From the IMG/VR virus record IMGVR_UViG_3300009506_000018, positions 3,251 through 67,250 of that record: a stretch of 64,000 bases of DNA. One strand, 5' to 3'. How positions within the stretch are numbered: the stretch's first letter is position 1; each line of letters opens with the position of its first letter. Under the pieces are notes generated by a model, which saw nothing but the letters and a program-made list of their open reading frames with translations, was not told where the DNA came from and searched no databases. Source of the DNA: a virus. Both the position numbers and the translations under genes were made by a program. Positions 45,664-54,083 of this stretch are shown here, one piece after another.

Positions 45664-46203
45664 CTACGCAGCCTTGCTGATCCCCACGTCCTTGACGATC
45701 TCCACCAGCTGGAGGAATGTCTCGGACAGGTTCATGGCCCGGCCAGACGGCCCGTGCTCCAGTCCCAGCTGGTGCAGCAGGCTCATCACCTCGGCGTAGT
45801 CATCCTTCGACAGCGAGAACGCGACGGTGCGGGTGTTCTCACGGATCTGCTGGATGGTGGTGCTGATCTTCTTGAGCGTCTCCTTGCTCTTCGCGACGCG
45901 CAGGTACTGGAGCATGCGCCACATACCGAAGCGCCGGATCAACGAAAGCGATTCCAGCTTTGAGTACTTCAGGCGGCGCAGCCCACGGTACAGGTGCATG
46001 TAGTTGTAGCCGGTCTGGGCAGAGAAGGTCAGCTCCTCATCGACCAGATGCGCGAACGACTGGTAGCCGAGAACCTGCCAGAGCCTGCCGTGCTCGATGG
46101 CCGACAGGATCTGTCCCATCTCGTAGCAGTGGCCGTTGACGACCTGATCCAGCTCGACGAGCCGGTCCAGCAGCTGAGCTGCGTGTTCTTTTGGTGTTGC
46201 CAT
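45664..46203 (-). CDS. DUF3102-like helical protein
   Basis: 179 aa; EMGQIL..GYQSFAHLVDEEL.FS..TGYNYMHLY. Confidence 0.5.
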   Translation of the reverse strand: MATPKEHAAQLLDRLVELDQVVNGHCYEMGQILSAIEHGRLWQVLGYQSFAHLVDEELTFSAQTGYNYMHLYRGLRRLKYSKLESLSLIRRFGMWRMLQYLRVAKSKETLKKISTTIQQIRENTRTVAFSLSKDDYAEVMSLLHQLGLEHGPSGRAMNLSETFLQLVEIVKDVGISKAA

Positions 46204-46249
46204 TGGTTTCCCCTTTGAAGAGGGGCCGGGCGAACCCGGCCCCGGTTGG

Positions 46250-46546
46250 TTACGAGAGTGAGTCCAGAGCGGCCTGTAAGAAGCGACGTGCCGCTTCCGG
46301 GCCGTCAAGGGGCTCCCCCTCCTCCTCGACCTTGATCGCGTCGGAGAGCGCCCCGGCGAGGCTGTGCCAGTTGGCATCGGTCAGGGCCTCGACGGTGATC
46401 TTCAGCGGGACCACGCAGTCCCAGTCCGACCAGTTGGCGACGAGGATGCCGAACGCCTCGACGTCCTCGGCCTGCTCTGGCTGGGTGAAGGACAGTCCCT
46501 TCTGCTGATTGATCAGCTCCTGCAGGGCGTCGGTCAGGGTGCTCAT
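46250..46546 (-). CDS. Acidic hypothetical protein
   Basis: 98 aa, ATGA overlap with upstream gene. Confidence 0.55.
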   Translation of the reverse strand: MSTLTDALQELINQQKGLSFTQPEQAEDVEAFGILVANWSDWDCVVPLKITVEALTDANWHSLAGALSDAIKVEEEGEPLDGPEAARRFLQAALDSLS

Positions 46547-47691
46547 GCTGCTACCCTCTGGACCCCCGCCTCGGCGATCCGCTTCCACTGGTTGCGCGGC
46601 AGCTCAAGGATCTTGCCGCCCAGCTGTTCCAGCTCGAACTGGCGATCGGGAGACTCGACCTCCTGCGCGAAGCGCGTGACCGCCGCCTGCATGCCGAACT
46701 GGGACAGGTCGCCGCCCTTGACGAGGAACGTCAGGATGCCGTCCTGCTCGGCCTGTGTAACCGAGGTATCAGGCAGCAGCTTGATGGCTTCGATCGGGGC
46801 CTCGACCTGCTCGCCTCTGATGGCCTCCTCGCACTGGCGGACCATCTTTTCGAACAGCTTGCCCTCGAAGCTGGCCCGGACCATGTCGCGGACCTGCATC
46901 CAGAACCCGGCGTCCTGCACCCGGCGCGTCTCCTCGGAGAGGATCGTCCAGATGTCATCGTCGCCGTTCTGCTTGCGCCCGACGTGGAACTTGCGCATGG
47001 CGTCCCGGGAAAAGATGGCGAGGTTCGAGCAGTGCTTCTCATGCACGCCCGGCTGGAAGAACAGCGAGCCAGCGCCGACTTCCGAGTTGCCGATCACGCA
47101 GCCCGGCTTGAGCACGTGGATGGTGTGGTGTCCGCCGTCGCCGAAGAACACGCCATCGGCCTTCACCTCGCGGACGACGCCGGGGATGATGGCCTTGATG
47201 TACATGCGCGTCTCGGTGATGGCGCAGCTGAACACGTCAGCCTCCATCCTGATCAGCTCGGGCAGCACTGCCTCCGCCAGATCGAAGTTGTCGAGCGGGC
47301 GGTAGCTGTCGGACATGAACGCCCGGGCAACGCCGTCGAGGGTCCGCACCATGCGGGCCTTCGGTTCGCGCCTGAACAGCTCGTTGACAGTCCACGCCAG
47401 CATGTCCGGGTGGTTGTCCTTCAGCTTGTCCACGAACGGAGCCGGGATGCCGAGGGTGCTGCCGAGCTGGCGCAGGGCGTGGTTGTTGATCGGCATCACT
47501 GCCGCCTCGACCTTCTCCTGCAGCGGCTCGGGCACCGTGAAGGCGAGCCCGGTCGTCTCGTGGGGAATGACTTCGAGCTGACGGGTGTCAGCGGTGAAGT
47601 CCACTTTGGCCTTGCGCTGGCGCTCCAGCTCCTCGGCCAGTTGAGTCAGGGACAGGCGTCCCGCGTCTTTTTTCAGCTTTTGGGTTTCCAT
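46543..47691 (-). CDS. DUF932-like protein
   Basis: 382 aa; NNHALRQL..LGIP..RMVRTLDG.ARAFMSDSYRPLDN..GNSEVGAGSL; GGAGAACC RBS. Confidence 0.6.
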   Translation of the reverse strand: METQKLKKDAGRLSLTQLAEELERQRKAKVDFTADTRQLEVIPHETTGLAFTVPEPLQEKVEAAVMPINNHALRQLGSTLGIPAPFVDKLKDNHPDMLAWTVNELFRREPKARMVRTLDGVARAFMSDSYRPLDNFDLAEAVLPELIRMEADVFSCAITETRMYIKAIIPGVVREVKADGVFFGDGGHHTIHVLKPGCVIGNSEVGAGSLFFQPGVHEKHCSNLAIFSRDAMRKFHVGRKQNGDDDIWTILSEETRRVQDAGFWMQVRDMVRASFEGKLFEKMVRQCEEAIRGEQVEAPIEAIKLLPDTSVTQAEQDGILTFLVKGGDLSQFGMQAAVTRFAQEVESPDRQFELEQLGGKILELPRNQWKRIAEAGVQRVAA

Positions 47692-47705
47692 TGCTATGGG
47701 TTCTC

Positions 47706-47945
47706 CTACTTGTCGTTACGTTGCTCGACGACCTTCATCGAGCCCAGTGCCACACGCAGCGCCCAGAGCCTGACATCAGGCATGTGGCGGTGCGTGGGGT
47801 TCGGTGCGCCACCTTTGGTGGCAGGAGCGAGCCAGCGATCGACCGTGCTGACGTTCTTGCATCTCGTCAGGCTGGCGATCTGGGCCCGGGTCAGTTCCGG
47901 GTTGGCTCGCATGATCTTCTTCAGTTCTGTGTTGGTGCTAGGCAT
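47706..47945 (-). CDS. Small HTH-like protein
   Basis: LTRAQIASLTRCKNVSTVDRWL. Confidence 0.55.
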   Translation of the reverse strand: MPSTNTELKKIMRANPELTRAQIASLTRCKNVSTVDRWLAPATKGGAPNPTHRHMPDVRLWALRVALGSMKVVEQRNDK

Positions 47946-48276
47946 TCAGTTTCCCCTTGATGCGCTCATCGATGTAGTTGTTGACGGCGAACATACTGTC
48001 CTGCGCACAGGACAGATCGTTGCGCTTTTTCACCGCCATGGATCCCGAGCCGGGGACGTAGTAAACGCGCCATCCCTCTTCGTTGGCTCGGCCTGAATCG
48101 GCAATCTCCAGAACGGTGATGCCGTAGATCGTGGTGCCGGGTCGGAATCCGCTTCCGCGTGATACCTCCACGAGGAGGTTACCGGCCTTACGAAACTGGA
48201 CGATGTCTGGTGTCATGAAGTTTCTCTGGCCGCTATACACGGTGCGGAAAACCTCGCCGATCTCTGTAATGTTCAC
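47938..48276 (-). CDS. Hypothetical protein
   Basis: 112 aa, GTG start with GGAGAACC RBS. Confidence 0.6.
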   Translation of the reverse strand: MNITEIGEVFRTVYSGQRNFMTPDIVQFRKAGNLLVEVSRGSGFRPGTTIYGITVLEIADSGRANEEGWRVYYVPGSGSMAVKKRNDLSCAQDSMFAVNNYIDERIKGKLNA

Positions 48277-48625
48277 GGTGGTTCTCCTGCAGTACGATTC
48301 GATGCACATGGCGGAATGGCAGGACGTAGCAGTCAAAGACCTGCCTGCCATCCTGCCAGCCACGCAACATGCGGTGATAGCCATCGACGATGAGCATCGA
48401 CTTGCGATCGCTCAGCTGGATGGCGAACAACGGTTTCACAGCCTCCTCGGGCTTCATGGTTCTGATGCGCTCCCAGTCGATCCTGATCAGCTTCTGGGCG
48501 AAGGCGACATAGGAATCGTCAACGCGAAGCCGTGAGCGCCACTTGTCGGGTTTCTGCTGCACCATGCGCTCGAACTTGTCGATGTCGTAGCGCGTGCGGC
48601 CCAGTGTGAAAACCTCCCGGTTCAC
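48233..48625 (-). CDS. ParB/Srx-like domain protein
   Basis: LIVDGYHRM motif; GTG start overlapping upstream stop. Confidence 0.55.
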   Translation of the reverse strand: MNREVFTLGRTRYDIDKFERMVQQKPDKWRSRLRVDDSYVAFAQKLIRIDWERIRTMKPEEAVKPLFAIQLSDRKSMLIVDGYHRMLRGWQDGRQVFDCYVLPFRHVHRIVLQENHREHYRDRRGFPHRV

Positions 48626-48726
48626 ACAAGGGCCCAGATCAGCAGCAGGATGAGCAGCGTGTCGATCACGCCGGAGACGTACCACGTCATGCGGTAGCGG
48701 GTCAGCTTGTAGAGAGCTTCCATCAT
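48622..48726 (-). CDS. 34-aa single-TM peptide
   Basis: MMEALYKLTRYRMTWYVSGVIDTLLILLLIWALV; GGAGAACC RBS; coupled at both ends. Confidence 0.6.
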   Translation of the reverse strand: MMEALYKLTRYRMTWYVSGVIDTLLILLLIWALV

Positions 48727-48890
48727 TGGTTCTCCTCGATCTCGATGTGACCGCACTCGGGGCAGCAGAGCACCTCGCGAGTGCCGGTCAGGGGGCGGTC
48801 GTACATCTGGTCCCGGTCATCGGGAATGACCACCGTGTTGGCTTCGGTATCGCTGAAGCGGGCGTCGCAGTGCGGGCAGTAGTACATCAT
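48723..48890 (-). CDS. Zn-ribbon microprotein
   Basis: 55 aa; YYCPHC...CCPECG. Confidence 0.65.
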   Translation of the reverse strand: MMYYCPHCDARFSDTEANTVVIPDDRDQMYDRPLTGTREVLCCPECGHIEIEENQ

Positions 48891-49096
48891 CCGAGCACCA
48901 CCTTGAGGCCAGCGTCGGCGATGGCCGTCGCGATCTCCTCGTAGTAGCGCGGCTCAATGATGTGCCCACCACACCACGTCAGGTCATCCTGAGGCAGGTG
49001 CTTCATCGCCCACTCTTCGCCCTGTGCGGACACCGGGGTGAGCACGCCGATCGTGCCCTGCGGATTCCAGACGAAGTCATGCTCAGGCTGTGCCAT
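48887..49096 (-). CDS. Hypothetical protein
   Basis: 69 aa, GGAGGG SD. Confidence 0.6.
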   Translation of the reverse strand: MAQPEHDFVWNPQGTIGVLTPVSAQGEEWAMKHLPQDDLTWCGGHIIEPRYYEEIATAIADAGLKVVLG

Positions 49097-49574
49097 CGTT
49101 CTCGCCCTCCTTCGTTCGCTCGGCGTACGGCGTCCAGTCCCGGGGGGACTTCATCTCGTCGCCGTAGCGGGCGATGTTGAACGGCAGCGTGTTAGCCACG
49201 GCGATGAGCCCGCCGATGATCTCGAACTCAGTTGAGTCCGAGCGGGCGGCGATGTCCTTCGAGGACTGGATCATGCGCAGCGTGGCGTGGGTCGCCTTGC
49301 GCAGAACGCTGTCTGCCTTCTTGCGACGCGGGTCGGACTCGGGCATGCGCGTATCGAGAAGGAGCGGGCCCTTGCCCCTGACCGTCTCGATGCGCTGCCA
49401 CCGCTTCCACGTCCCCTTCACCAGATTGCCGGAGTCAGCGAACGTGGTGTCCACCTTCTCCAGTATCCAGCCATTGGAACGAACAGACAGGGTCTGCTCG
49501 GCGGATCCGAGGGCCGTCTGCACCTTGCGGCGCAGACGGGCGATCTCGAAACCGTTCGCTTTCAGTGTTGCCAT
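49083..49574 (-). CDS. Hypothetical protein
   Basis: 163 aa, GGAGAACC RBS. Confidence 0.65.
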   Translation of the reverse strand: MATLKANGFEIARLRRKVQTALGSAEQTLSVRSNGWILEKVDTTFADSGNLVKGTWKRWQRIETVRGKGPLLLDTRMPESDPRRKKADSVLRKATHATLRMIQSSKDIAARSDSTEFEIIGGLIAVANTLPFNIARYGDEMKSPRDWTPYAERTKEGENDGTA

Positions 49575-49616
49575 TGGGTTCTCCAGTTCCCAGTGAGTGG
49601 TGAAATAATACCTGAC

Positions 49617-49916
49617 TCAGTCGGTCCCGTACAGCTTCTCGACCAGCGCCATGAAGGTCTTCGTTTCCTTGCTGGTGAGACGCTGCGACATCACGCCCAC
49701 GGTGGTGGCCTTGACGATCCGGCGGACGTCCTCGTTATCCAGCTCGATGTGGATCCGGTCGCCCTCCTGAATGGTCACGCCGTAGTGGTTCGGGATGTCG
49801 GTGTGCCAGCGTTGCCAGCGCGGATGCTGGTTGAGCGGGCTGCCGGTCCAGACGGGGATGGCGTGCTCGATGTTGCGCCGTTCCTTTCTGGCCCGGGAGA
49901 TCTTCCAGATAAGCAT
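49617..49916 (-). CDS. Hypothetical protein
   Basis: 99 aa, GGAGGT SD. Confidence 0.6.
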   Translation of the reverse strand: MLIWKISRARKERRNIEHAIPVWTGSPLNQHPRWQRWHTDIPNHYGVTIQEGDRIHIELDNEDVRRIVKATTVGVMSQRLTSKETKTFMALVEKLYGTD

Positions 49917-49918
49917 CG

Positions 49919-50464
49919 TTACACCTCCGCCTGATATACGTAGTCGGTCATATCGGAGACGGCGCTTTCGAGGTGGCTTTCCAGCTGCTCCTGCCAGTCG
50001 TTGTGGTCGGACTGGAATTCATCCGTGCCTTCCTCGCCATCGTCGTAGTGATTGCGATCAGGTTCCTCTTCCGCGTACTCATCGATTGACTCGATGTCGC
50101 TGATGGCGGACTCGACCGCATCGATGCGCTCCTGCAGAAGCTCTCCGGTCGGGGAGTACTGCAGCTCGTCGGGCATGTTGTCGAGGCTCGACTGCGTCTC
50201 GTCCCTGAGATCCTCCAGCTGGCTGACGACCTCGTCGCGCAGCTCGATCAGCTCATCGTTGGTTTCGACATTGCTGTCCTCGATGAACTCGCCGATGCTG
50301 CGCACCGTGCCGTAGTAAGCCGACTGGGTCAGCTGGCTCCCGCGTGGCGGGGTCTTCGAGTATCGCTTACCGCCGTAGCGGAACTTCCACCAGTAGTAGG
50401 GCTCGCCCGGCTGGGCGACTGGGTTGGCCTTGCGGGCCTTCTTCACGTAATGCACTCGTGGCAT
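49919..50464 (-). CDS. Bipartite basic-N/acidic-C protein
   Basis: 181 aa; YYWWKFRYGGKRYSKT then D/E-rich helices; GGAGAACC RBS. Confidence 0.7.
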   Translation of the reverse strand: MPRVHYVKKARKANPVAQPGEPYYWWKFRYGGKRYSKTPPRGSQLTQSAYYGTVRSIGEFIEDSNVETNDELIELRDEVVSQLEDLRDETQSSLDNMPDELQYSPTGELLQERIDAVESAISDIESIDEYAEEEPDRNHYDDGEEGTDEFQSDHNDWQEQLESHLESAVSDMTDYVYQAEV

Positions 50465-50482
50465 GTTGGTTCTCCTAAGTTG

Positions 50483-50550
50483 TGGCTTGCCATCATCGGG
50501 CCGGAGGGAGCCACCCTTCCGACGACCCCGGGAGTCCCGGGGTTTCGGCA
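50483..50550 (-). ncRNA. Type II hammerhead ribozyme HHR2 (variant core)
   Basis: UGCC-GAAA-CCCCGGG/CCCGGGG-UC cleavage, stem I, CCGAUGA-U-GGCA; loop UGGCU pairs with 3' AGCCA. Confidence 0.75.
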
Positions 50551-51021
50551 TCAGGCCGTCTCTGCGGCCTCAGGGCCGTAGATCTGGTAGTCATCGAGGG
50601 TATCCCCGTACTGGCGCTCCAGCGTCTCTACCACCTCGTCTCTGGAGGCGGCATCGATCTGGATGGTGCGTCGCTTGCAGCAGCCCTCGGGTACGCCGTC
50701 CTGATCCCTGAGCCAGAGGTCGCACTTGAAGCTGGTCAGGAAGTTGCCAGCGGCGGAGCCATAGACGCCCCGATACCAGTCGGCCTCGCCGAAGATGTCC
50801 ACGTCGTTGACGCGGCACACGACCCAGCCGAAGCTGGACCAGCGGTCCTTCGTCGGGGCCCAGTGGCGCTGCTCGCCGTAGTGGACCAGCCTGACCTCAC
50901 GGCGCTGGCCGACGTCCATGTTGGCGACGTCGTCCGGGCCGAACGGGAAGCACTGGTCGTAGCGCAGCATGTCGAGCGGGAACGAGCCGCGCCCGGTGAC
51001 GGTGAAAGTGACGGTGTTCAT
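50551..51021 (-). CDS. Conserved phage hypothetical protein
   Basis: 156 aa; FTVTGRGSFPLDMLRYDQCFP motif. Confidence 0.65.
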   Translation of the reverse strand: MNTVTFTVTGRGSFPLDMLRYDQCFPFGPDDVANMDVGQRREVRLVHYGEQRHWAPTKDRWSSFGWVVCRVNDVDIFGEADWYRGVYGSAAGNFLTSFKCDLWLRDQDGVPEGCCKRRTIQIDAASRDEVVETLERQYGDTLDDYQIYGPEAAETA

Positions 51022-51230
51022 TCGGTGTTCTCCTTCATGGCGCGGGCGATCTGCTCGCCCAGTGAATAGGTGCAGCTGTCCGAGAAGAACTTACCGTTCC
51101 AGCGGCAGCCGTAGCGATCGCGCATGATCTTCTTCCCGGCGACCGTATCAGGCTGCTGGAAGTAGAAAGCGTTCTCGCGGACGAGCTTCAGGGCCTCGTC
51201 CAGAACCGTATCGTTGACGTTGTCCTTCAT
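51018..51230 (-). CDS. Hypothetical protein
   Basis: 70 aa, GGAGG SD, ATGA overlaps. Confidence 0.6.
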   Translation of the reverse strand: MKDNVNDTVLDEALKLVRENAFYFQQPDTVAGKKIMRDRYGCRWNGKFFSDSCTYSLGEQIARAMKENTE

Positions 51231-51991
51231 CGCAGCCTCCTGATCGTGCCCAGCACGCGCCGCCCCATCAGGGACTGCTGGTTGCGGAGCATGCGCTCGT
51301 CGTCGTCGGCCTTGCTGTCGATCGACCAGAGCTTGCCGGAGTCGATGATGACCTCGACCTCGCTCTCGCCGTACCTGTCGGCCACCATCTTTTTGGCGTT
51401 CTTGATGGCGGTGCCGAGATTGGCCCACGTCACTTCCATGCGACGGTCGCGGGCGAACTCCAGCACGGACTTGTTGTTGTAGTCCTTGCCCCTGACAAGC
51501 GTGTCACGGATCTCGTAGGGCTCTTCCTTGCCCGTCTGCCAATTGCGGCGGGTGGTCTGGCGCAGCCGGGCCAGCGTGAAGCGAGCGTGCCTGTGGTCGG
51601 TTCTCAGCTCGTTGTCGAGCAGCTTCTGGTAGGCCGCGCCGATGGCATCTTCCTGAGACTTCTCCACCGCCTTGCGGAAGACCTCCCGAACGCGCTCGAA
51701 CAGGTCGGCACGCTCGATGATCACGCGGGCCGCGCCGACAGCCTTCTCGAAGTCCTCGCGGTTTCCGGCGCGGATCTTGTCGCATGCCTCGCGGGCCAGC
51801 CGACGAAGATCCTGTTCGGCCAGTCGGCAGAACTCGAACGCAGCGTAGGCGGCGTCCGGGTCGTAGCGATCGGTACCGGCCCACAGGTCCATGGCGAAGG
51901 TCGCTCCGCTGGTGAGCAGATTGACCTTCTCGAATTCCTCGGCTCGCTGGCGAACAGCGGCGGAGGTGTGGCTGGAAAGATTCAGTTTCAT
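51227..51991 (-). CDS. Hypothetical helical protein
   Basis: 254 aa, GGAGAACC RBS. Confidence 0.65.
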   Translation of the reverse strand: MKLNLSSHTSAAVRQRAEEFEKVNLLTSGATFAMDLWAGTDRYDPDAAYAAFEFCRLAEQDLRRLAREACDKIRAGNREDFEKAVGAARVIIERADLFERVREVFRKAVEKSQEDAIGAAYQKLLDNELRTDHRHARFTLARLRQTTRRNWQTGKEEPYEIRDTLVRGKDYNNKSVLEFARDRRMEVTWANLGTAIKNAKKMVADRYGESEVEVIIDSGKLWSIDSKADDDERMLRNQQSLMGRRVLGTIRRLR

Positions 51992-52001
51992 GTGGTTCTC
52001 C

Positions 52002-52889
52002 TTACAGTCCAAACTTCGATCGGCAGATCGGGCCGATGCCCAGCTCGATCGACACTCCGTTGGTCAGCTCGCGACCGCAGCAGCAGCACTGCCCGGTCCG
52101 CTGACCCTGCACCTTGACGGCGTTGGCCGGATCCTTGTCGATCTCGACCAGCGTCTCGACCACCTCGGGCGGGCAGTTCCGCGCCGGGGTGAACTTGCCA
52201 TCGGTGTCGATGCGCCCGAACCAGCGGTTGTCCGGGTAGCGCCGACCGTCGGTGATGTTGACCGAGCCCGGGTTGCGGGAGCGGCCACCGGCCAGCTGCA
52301 GAACGATGCGTGCGCCTGACGAATCCACCAGCCGCAGCTTCGGGTACTTCAGGCCGTTCTCCCGGGCCGTCTGCAGGTAGCGCAGGCAGTTCGGCAGCTC
52401 GGCCACTGGCTGGGGCTGGCTGGCCTTGTGCTCGGCATCCTTCGCGAGGATCTTCTCGACCGCCGCCTGCTGGCGCTCGGTGAGGGATCCGTACTGGTGG
52501 ATGGCGGAGTGCAGGCTGGCAGCGAACTCGGAGCGGTGCTCGTTGGCCTTCAGCCACGCGGTCACCTGCGGGTGGGCCTCCATGTACGCCTGCGCCGCGT
52601 TCGCCTTCTCAGCGGCCTGACGTTCGCTCCTGCGGGCAGCCTGCTCGCGACGCTTCGCCCGGGCAGCCACACCGGCAGCATCGGTGCGGATCTTCTGGTT
52701 GCTCTTGCCAGTGCCGTTGCAGCTGAAGCAGCGCCCGGCGGACCAGTTGCCGCGCCAGACACCGGAACCGCCGCACTTGCGACAGGGGGCGTTGGCGTAC
52801 TCGGCGGCGTGCTCAAGGAAGTCCTTGTGCTGCGCCTCGCCCTCGGGGGCGGTGATGATCTCGTCGAGATCGGTGAAGTCAATGCTCAT
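52002..52889 (-). CDS. DnaJ-type Zn finger plus DUF6011-like protein
   Basis: CRKCGGSG, CFSCNGTG; C-terminal CCCCGRELTNGVSIELGIGPIC. Confidence 0.7.
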   Translation of the reverse strand: MSIDFTDLDEIITAPEGEAQHKDFLEHAAEYANAPCRKCGGSGVWRGNWSAGRCFSCNGTGKSNQKIRTDAAGVAARAKRREQAARRSERQAAEKANAAQAYMEAHPQVTAWLKANEHRSEFAASLHSAIHQYGSLTERQQAAVEKILAKDAEHKASQPQPVAELPNCLRYLQTARENGLKYPKLRLVDSSGARIVLQLAGGRSRNPGSVNITDGRRYPDNRWFGRIDTDGKFTPARNCPPEVVETLVEIDKDPANAVKVQGQRTGQCCCCGRELTNGVSIELGIGPICRSKFGL

Positions 52890-52906
52890 GTGGTTCTCCT
52901 TCAGTG

Positions 52907-52972
52907 GGCCTGTCTCATCAGTGCCGGTAGGCCATCTCCGGCAGACCCCGCACCTCCGGGCGGGGTTTCGAC
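52907..52972 (-). ncRNA. Type II hammerhead ribozyme HHR1 (canonical core)
   Basis: GUC-GAAA-CCCCGC/GCGGGG-UC cleavage, UGCCGG/CCGGCA stem I, CUGAUGA-GAC; loop GGCCU pairs with 3' AGGCC. Confidence 0.88.
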
Positions 52973-52974
52973 TG

Positions 52975-53808
52975 TCAGTACCTGCGCCCGCCGAACGCGC
53001 CGGATTCCAGCGCGGGCGATTCGTTGATCAGCAGCTTCTCGACGCGCTCCTTGATCACGTCGCCGTAGTGGTTGCCAGCCCGCTTCCAGACGGCGCGGCG
53101 GATGGCGTCCTTCTTCTGGATCAGGGCGGCTTCGCGACGGCCCCTCAGGATCTCCAGCTGGGCCTCGACGTCGGCGATCTCCTGCTCGGCTGCCCGATGC
53201 AGGGCGTAGTAGCGCAGGTCATCGCCCAGCGCCTTCTCGACGTACTCGGCGTTCAGGTTCTTCACGAACACGAAGTTGTCGCGCAGGATCTGCTCGGCGT
53301 CCTTGTTGGCGTGGTCGGCGACGACCTGCAGGTGCTTCGTGATGGTCTGGCAGGCCTCCCAGATCAGCCGGTCGCGCCCGCCGTCCTCGCGCAGCGTGTG
53401 CAGCAGGTCATGGATGAGCTGCTTCTTCTTGTTGCGCTTGCTCAGCTCGGTGCGGCAGCCGCGCACGCTCAGCTCAATCCTGCGCTCGACGGTGAACACG
53501 CCGGGCTTGCTCTCGTGCCCGCCGTAGCCGGTGCCTCGCGACTGCGACAGCTCCTTCGTGGATCCGGGGACGGCTTCGTACAGGCGCTCCCACAGTTCGT
53601 CGGCGAGGCGCACGGACACGCTGACGACGAAGCTGGCGTACTCAGGATGGTTGTCGAGCCAGTCAGGCACGTTGGTGACCTTGCCGTCGAGCAGCTGGGT
53701 GTTGCGCTCGGACTGGATGACGAGGTCACCCTCGTTGACTTCGCGGTTGACCGTCACGAACGCACGGTTGTCGTTGTACGGGCTGATGGTGAAAAGCTGG
53801 TTGGTCAT
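52975..53808 (-). CDS. Hypothetical protein
   Basis: 277 aa MTNQLFTISP..., GGAGAACC RBS. Confidence 0.65.
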   Translation of the reverse strand: MTNQLFTISPYNDNRAFVTVNREVNEGDLVIQSERNTQLLDGKVTNVPDWLDNHPEYASFVVSVSVRLADELWERLYEAVPGSTKELSQSRGTGYGGHESKPGVFTVERRIELSVRGCRTELSKRNKKKQLIHDLLHTLREDGGRDRLIWEACQTITKHLQVVADHANKDAEQILRDNFVFVKNLNAEYVEKALGDDLRYYALHRAAEQEIADVEAQLEILRGRREAALIQKKDAIRRAVWKRAGNHYGDVIKERVEKLLINESPALESGAFGGRRY

Positions 53809-53821
53809 GTCGGTTCTCCAG

Positions 53822-54073
53822 TTACTTGCGAAGGGCCCGCTCGATGCGGGCTTCGATGACGTCGTACTCTCCGGCGCTGACGATCTCGTTCTGTTCGAGG
53901 TCGATGGCGTCGTCCAGAGACAGGTGGCCCAGATTGCCGCCGAGGATCTCGACGAACCGCTCTTCCACCTGCCACAGGTCATCGCCCCATTCGAGGCAGT
54001 AGTCGATGGCGAGCTGGTGGGCGGTCATGGCGACCTTGTGGGCGCACAGCTTCGGGTTGGTGTCGATGCTCAT
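53822..54073 (-). CDS. Acidic hypothetical protein
   Basis: 83 aa, GAGGAG SD. Confidence 0.6.
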   Translation of the reverse strand: MSIDTNPKLCAHKVAMTAHQLAIDYCLEWGDDLWQVEERFVEILGGNLGHLSLDDAIDLEQNEIVSAGEYDVIEARIERALRK

Positions 54074-54083
54074 GGCGATCTCC

